DNA of 14,399 nucleotides from an uncultured Myxococcales bacterium. Its GTDB lineage: Bacteria > Myxococcota_A > Polyangia > Haliangiales > Haliangiaceae. The stretch covers positions 128,001-142,399 of the forward strand of contig CALOFI010000005.1 in assembly GCA_942492525.1 (NCBI GenBank), written 5' to 3'. Below, in pieces: positions 7,677 to 14,399 of this stretch. The first letter of the stretch is position 1. Every line of letters starts with the position of its first letter. The position numbers were made by a program, and so were the translations under genes. Under the pieces are notes generated by a model. It did no database searches. It was not told where the DNA came from and was given only the letters and a program-made list of their open reading frames with translations.

Positions 7677-7690
7677 GGGACTATCGTCCC
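7677..7690. promoter_or_regulatory. 14-bp palindrome GGGACtatcGTCCC immediately upstream of the AlkZ-like gene start, overlapping its expected RBS
   Basis: Perfect 5-bp arms with a 4-nt spacer, read from the sequence. It lies in the divergent intergenic region (7674-7786) between the AlkZ-like gene and egtB. Confidence 0.2.
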
Positions 7691-7786
7691 GCCGACGGTG
7701 TCCGGGCCAGCCCCATGGCGATCGCTTGTGCACCAACGGCCGCGCGCCAGATCGGGCGCGCGCGCGTTCCCCATCGCGAGGAACCC

Positions 7787-9034
7787 ATGCTACGCCGTGG
7801 CATGGCCGGCGAGGCGCTGGAGCGGGTGTTCACCACCACCCGGGACACCACCGTGCGCCTCGCGGCGCCGCTGGCGCTCGCGGACCACGACGTCCAGAGC
7901 ATGGCCGACGCCTCGCCCACCAAGTGGCACCTGGCGCACACCACGTGGTTCTTCGAGCGCATGGTGCTCGCCGAGGCCGACCCGGGCTACGCGCCGGTCG
8001 ATCCCGGCTACGACTTCCTGTTCAACTCGTACTACGAGGCGCTGGGGTCGCGGCATCCGCGCGCCGAGCGCGGCGCGATCACCGTGCCGCTCGCCGACGT
8101 CCACGCGTACCGCGCCGTGATCGACCGCCGGATCGCCGAGGCGCTGCCCACGCTGGCGGCGCCGCTGCGCGCGCGCGTCGAGCTGGGCTGCGCGCACGAG
8201 GAGCAGCACCAGGAGCTGCTGCTCACCGACGCCAAGCACGCGCTCTTCGTCGGCGGTCGGCCGCCGTACCAGGCGGCGCCCGCCGAGGCGCCGCTCGAGA
8301 CCGCGCCGCCGCTCGACTGGGTCGCGCACCCCGGCGGGCTGATCGAGCTGGGCGCCGCGGTCGGTGACGGCTTCGCGTTCGACAACGAAGGGCCGCGGCA
8401 CAAGGTGTGGCTCGAGCCGTTCGCGCTGGCCACCCGGTGCGTCAGCAACGCCGAGTGGGCCGCGTTCGTCGACGACGGCGGCTACCGCGAGCCGGCGCAC
8501 TGGCTGTCCGACGGCTGGGCGGCGGTGCAGGCGGCGGGCTGGCAGCGGCCGATGTACTGGACCGACGACGGCCGCGAGCACACGCTCGGCGGCGTGGTGG
8601 CGCGCGCGCCGGCGGCGCCGGTGAGCCACGTCAGCTTCTACGAGGCCGACGCGTACGCCCGCTGGGCCGGCGCGCGGCTGCCGGGCGAGGCCGAGTGGGA
8701 GGTGATCGCCGCGGGCGACGTCGCCGAGCGCGGCGTCGCCGGCAACTTCGCCGACGACGGCCGGCTGCACCCGGCGCCGGCGCGGCCGCACGCGCTGCAG
8801 CTGTTCGGCGACGTCTGGGAGTGGACGGCCAGCCCGTACGTCGCGTACCCGCGCTTCACCCCGCTGGCCGGCGCGCTCGGCGAGTACAACGGCAAGTTCA
8901 TGTGCAACCAGCTGGTGCTGCGCGGCGGCTCCTGCCTGTCGCCGCGCCGGCACCTGCGCGCGAGCTACCGCAACTTCTTTGGCCCCGCGACACGCTGGCA
9001 GATGAGCGGCGTGCGCCTCGCCCGCTGGACCTGA
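7787..9034 (+). CDS. egtB: ergothioneine biosynthesis protein EgtB (hercynine sulfoxide synthase; DinB_2 domain + FGE-sulfatase-like domain)
   Basis: ATG 7787 is preceded by GAGGA at 7776-7780. The N-terminal DinB-like part carries HLAHTTWFFE and the metal-binding HEEQHQELLL (HExxH) motifs. The C-terminal FGE-like part carries GDVWEWTASPY, GGSCLS and RASYRNFF. It sits directly upstream of egtD. Confidence 0.9.
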   Translation: MLRRGMAGEALERVFTTTRDTTVRLAAPLALADHDVQSMADASPTKWHLAHTTWFFERMVLAEADPGYAPVDPGYDFLFNSYYEALGSRHPRAERGAITVPLADVHAYRAVIDRRIAEALPTLAAPLRARVELGCAHEEQHQELLLTDAKHALFVGGRPPYQAAPAEAPLETAPPLDWVAHPGGLIELGAAVGDGFAFDNEGPRHKVWLEPFALATRCVSNAEWAAFVDDGGYREPAHWLSDGWAAVQAAGWQRPMYWTDDGREHTLGGVVARAPAAPVSHVSFYEADAYARWAGARLPGEAEWEVIAAGDVAERGVAGNFADDGRLHPAPARPHALQLFGDVWEWTASPYVAYPRFTPLAGALGEYNGKFMCNQLVLRGGSCLSPRRHLRASYRNFFGPATRWQMSGVRLARWT

Positions 9035-9046
9035 CGGAGGTGACCC

Positions 9047-10259
<1,213 letters not shown>

Positions 10260-10279
<20 letters not shown>

Positions 10280-10410
10280 GCCGGCCCGAGCGCCAGCGAG
10301 GGCCGTGTCGAAGGACCAGCGCCGCGTTCCGTCGCGCCGCCCTGGCGCTTCGACACGGCGACCGTCGCTTGCGCTCCGGTCGCCGGCTCAGCGCGAGCGG
10401 ATCATGGGCG
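10260..10410 (+). repeat. structured direct-repeat unit R1 (151 nt, nested inverted repeats), most divergent copy
   Basis: Consensus: gcaaSctccgactgtcCTGAGCCGGCccgagcgccagcgaggGCCGTGTCGAAGgaCCAGCGCcgcg-loop-cgcGCGCTGGcgCTTCGACACGGCgaccgtcgcttgcgctccggtcGCCGGCTCAGcgcgagcggatcatgggcg. Perfect inverted repeats of 10 bp (ctgagccggc/gccggctcag), 12 bp (gccgtgtcgaag/cttcgacacggc) and 7 bp (ccagcgc/gcgctgg) are nested around a central loop. R1 has a 1-nt insertion and a diverged central loop. Confidence 0.7.
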
Positions 10411-10467
10411 CGGCGGCCGCGGCGGCGACGGCCGCGGCGGCCGCGGCGGCGACGGCGGCGACGGCGG

Positions 10468-10499
<32 letters not shown>

Positions 10500-10511
10500 G
10501 ACCGCGTGCGA

Positions 10512-10661
10512 GCAACCTCCGACTGTCCTGAGCCGGCCCGAGCGCCAGCGAGGGCCGTGTCGAAGGACCAGCGCCGCGTCCTGCACGCCGCGCTGGCGCT
10601 TCGACACGGCGACCGTCGCTTGTGCTCCGGTCGCCGGCTCAGCGCGAGCGGATCATGGGCG
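10512..10661 (+). repeat. structured direct-repeat unit R2 (150 nt)
   Basis: Near-identical to R3 and R4 (about 2 substitutions: gcaaCctcc, gcttgTgctcc). Preceded by the conserved cgcgtgcgagcaa. Confidence 0.7.
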
Positions 10662-10703
10662 GCGGCGGCGGCGGCGCCGGCGGCGGCGACGGAACGCGTG
10701 CGA

Positions 10704-10853
10704 GCAAGCTCCGACTGTCCTGAGCCGGCCCGAGCGCCAGCGAGGGCCGTGTCGAAGGACCAGCGCCGCGTCCTGCACGCCGCGCTGGCGCTTCGACACG
10801 GCGACCGTCGCTTGCGCTCCGGTCGCCGGCTCAGCGCGAGCGGATCATGGGCG
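10704..10853 (+). repeat. structured direct-repeat unit R3 (150 nt)
   Basis: Same unit. The spacer before it (10662-10703) is only 42 nt of GCG-rich low complexity. Confidence 0.7.
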
Positions 10854-10973
10854 GCGGCGGCGACGGCGGCGGCGGCCGCGGCGGCGACGACGGCGGCGGC
10901 GGCGGCGGCGACGGCGGCGGCGGCGACGGCGCCGGCGACGGCGGCGACGGCGACGGCGACGGACCGCGTGCGA

Positions 10974-11123
10974 GCAACCTCCGACTGTCCTGAGCCGGCC
11001 CGAGCGCCAGCGAGGGCCGTGTCGAAGGACCAGCGCCGCGTCCTGCACGCCGCGCTGGCGCTTCGACACGGCGACCGTCGCTTGCGCTCCGGTCGCCGGA
11101 TCAGCGCGAGCGGACCATGGGCG
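10974..11123 (+). repeat. structured direct-repeat unit R4 (150 nt)
   Basis: Same unit with substitutions gccggAtcag and cggaCcatgg. It is followed by a (GGC)n run at 11124-11190. Confidence 0.7.
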
Positions 11124-11190
<67 letters not shown>

Positions 11191-11225
11191 CGGCCAGGCG
11201 TGGCCGTGCTATGCGTCGGGCTGCC

Positions 11226-12643
<1,418 letters not shown>

Positions 12644-12644
<1 letters not shown>

Positions 12645-13309
12645 TGGCGACCGCGCCGGCGATGGCCGACGTGCTCGCCATCGTCGAGGCCGCGTACGTC
12701 AGCCAGGCCCGAGGCGGCGCCACGCCCGCCAGCGCGGTCGCGGCGACCGACCCGGTGGCGCTCGCGTGCGCGGCCGCCGCCGGCGCGATCTCGTCGAAGT
12801 TCATGGCGGTCGGCGCGCCGCGCTCGATGGGCTTCGTCGGCTGCGGCGGGCTCGCGGCCGCGTTGCTCGACGCGCACCGCGTGGTGTTCGCGGCCGCCGC
12901 GCCGCGCGAGCTGCGCTGCGCCGGCGCCGACGCGGACCACTTCGTCGCCGCGCACGGCGGACGGCCGACCTCGGTCGAGGAGGCGTGCGCCTGCGACATC
13001 GTGTGCGTGACCGCGCGCGACGCCGCGCCCGCGCTGCGCCGCGCGTGGATCCGCCGCGGCACCCACGTGATCGTGCTCGGCGCCGGCGCGCTCGACGAGG
13101 ACGTCCGCGCGGGCGCGCGCGTCATCGTCGACGACCCGCCCGCGGTGGACGCGCCGCAGGTCTGCGGTACGCTCGGTGAGATCGCGGCCGGCCTCAAGGA
13201 CGGTCGCGAGCTCGACGAAGTGACGATCTACCAGGGCGCGATGATCCCCGCGATCATCGACGCCGTCAGGCAGCGTCTGGCCTCGCCCCCGCGCGCGGCC
13301 GAAGCGTGA
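12644..13309 (+). CDS. short ornithine cyclodeaminase/mu-crystallin-like Rossmann-fold protein (221 aa)
   Basis: The ATG overlaps the asnS stop (cTGATGg). GFVGCGGLAAAL (GxGxxA-like dinucleotide-binding motif), ...ACDIVCVTARDAAPALRRAWIRRGTHVIVLGAG... and ARVIVDD resemble the C-terminal NAD-binding half of OCD/mu-crystallin proteins. The N-terminal region is much shorter than in canonical OCDs of ~320-350 aa. Confidence 0.55.
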
Positions 13310-13366
13310 CCGCTTTTTCTCCGCGGTGCGTTGACCGCACCTGACTTGCGGCCCACCCTTGCGGGC

Positions 13367-14399
13367 ATGACCTGGGGAACGATCGCCATGAGCGCGATCC
13401 TGGCTGGCGGCGCTGGCTGCGCTGGCTGTATCGGCAACATCAGCGGTGGCGGTGGCGATGACGTCGGCGGCGACGACGACACGCCCATCGACCCCAAGGG
13501 CGATCCCATCGAAACCGAGTTCCAGGTCCGGCTGGTGCCGCAGGCCGGGGTCAGCGGCACGCAGCTCGTCAACTTCGCCTTGCCCATGCCCGAGGGGCAG
13601 CTGCCCGGCGAGGCCGACGTGCGGGTCGGCCGCGATGGCGTCGAGGTCGCCTCGAGCCGCCGCGTGCTCGCGCGCTGGCCGGACGGCTCGGTGCGCAGCG
13701 TCCAGGTCCAGCTCGAGGTCGAGGTCAGCGGCGAGACGCTGCTCGATGTCGAGATCGGGATCGCGGGCGCCACCGGCGGCGCGCTGGCGCCGGTCGAGAG
13801 CACGCTGGTCACCGCCGACGGGACCACCGGCCCGCGGGTCTGGGTGGTCATCCCCGCCAGCTACCTCGCGGCCAGCAGCGTCGCCGGTCCGCTGGTCGCG
13901 CGCGAGGCCATCGCCGGCACCGCGCTCGACGCGTTCGGCGACGTGTGCGACTACGCGCGCTGGGACGTCGACGCGTTCCTGGCGCTCGACAGCGAGCAGG
14001 GCTCGTGGCTGTTCGATCGCACGACCGCGATGTATCGCGGCTACGCGATCACCGGCGACGCCGACGTGCTCGCCTCGGCGTATCGCGAGGCCGCGATCTA
14101 TCGCGCCGGCCTCACCGGCAGCGGCAGCAGCACGCGGATCCCCGCGCCGATGCCGTCGGACGATCTCAAGTACCACTACAGCCAGGGCCTGGCGCTCCAC
14201 TACCTGCTCACCGGCGACGACCGCTTCCGCGAGGCGGCCGAGAACGTCGCCACCCGCGCCCACGATCTGTGGACCGATCCGGGCTACGCCGGCGGCGCCG
14301 ACTTCTGGACCGAGCGCCACGCCGGCTTCGGGCTCCTCGCGTACGAGTGGGCCGCGCAGGTCTCCGACGATCGCGCCGCGACGTACGCCGGGTGGTCCG
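13367..14399 (+). CDS. secreted/lipoprotein of unknown function (5' portion; continues beyond the window)
   Basis: ATG 13367 gives MTWGTIAMSAILAGGAGCAGC IGNISGGGGDD (signal peptide with lipobox-like AGC). The alternative ATG is 13388. The frame is open to the window end and GC3-rich (...YHYSQGLALHYLLTGDDRFREAAENVATRAHDLWTDPGYAGGADFWTERHAGFGLLAYEW...). The opposite-strand ORFs 12518..14320 and 13228..13851 are Arg-rich shadows. Confidence 0.6.
   Translation, partial: MTWGTIAMSAILAGGAGCAGCIGNISGGGGDDVGGDDDTPIDPKGDPIETEFQVRLVPQAGVSGTQLVNFALPMPEGQLPGEADVRVGRDGVEVASSRRVLARWPDGSVRSVQVQLEVEVSGETLLDVEIGIAGATGGALAPVESTLVTADGTTGPRVWVVIPASYLAASSVAGPLVAREAIAGTALDAFGDVCDYARWDVDAFLALDSEQGSWLFDRTTAMYRGYAITGDADVLASAYREAAIYRAGLTGSGSSTRIPAPMPSDDLKYHYSQGLALHYLLTGDDRFREAAENVATRAHDLWTDPGYAGGADFWTERHAGFGLLAYEWAAQVSDDRAATYAGWS

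Noticed and set aside
10655-10993. Tiny ORFs inside the array (e.g. [22 protein letters not shown] at 10655..10723, and the 48-aa Gly/Asp-rich ORF at 10847..10993)
   Set aside because: They are composed almost entirely of spacer-encoded Gly/Asp/Ala. The frame is not conserved for R1 and R4, and there is no RBS. They are mentioned in the findings but not called as genes.
13296-13336. Possible intrinsic terminator after the OCD-like gene (gcggccgaagcgtgaccgcTTTTTct), and a TTGACC -35-like hexamer at 13331-13336
   Set aside because: The stem is only ~4 bp with an 11-nt loop. No convincing -10 element follows the TTGACC at the correct spacing. The evidence is too weak to annotate.

Overview
The window is about 72% GC and encodes a compact set of mostly chromosomal-type genes; protein tails and codon style suggest a myxobacterium-like or actinomycete-like genome, but this is inference only.

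Order along the + coordinate: (1) a small secreted protein (minus strand) built from VDAFPDF-type tandem repeats; (2) a 668-aa lipoprotein alpha/beta-hydrolase (GxSxG, putative esterase/lipase) followed by a double-hairpin terminator; (3) a POT/PTR2 di-/tripeptide:H+ symporter, translationally coupled (TGATG) to (4) a lipoprotein ORF with 2-3 single-base frame disruptions; (5) on the minus strand, a translationally coupled pair of an AlkZ/YcaQ-like winged-helix protein (with a histone-H1-like K/A/P-rich C-terminal tail) and an NRDE (DUF833/TANGO2-like) protein; (6) a minimal ergothioneine cluster, egtB plus egtD; (7) an unusual ~1.2-kb repeat-rich non-coding zone; (8) asnS, coupled (TGATG) to a short ornithine cyclodeaminase/mu-crystallin-like protein; (9) the 5' part of a secreted lipoprotein of unknown function.

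The repeat-rich zone is the most unusual part. The egtD frame runs with no stop through a 27-nt x3 repeat and a GACGCC-type microsatellite. It is followed by four direct copies of a 150-nt unit with nested perfect inverted repeats, separated by variable GCG/GAC triplet-repeat spacers. The stop that ends the egtD reading frame lies inside the first repeat unit.

No tRNA, rRNA, CRISPR, transposase or integrase signatures were seen. Many long ORFs in the six-frame track are Arg/Ala/Gly-rich shadows of real high-GC genes and were rejected.
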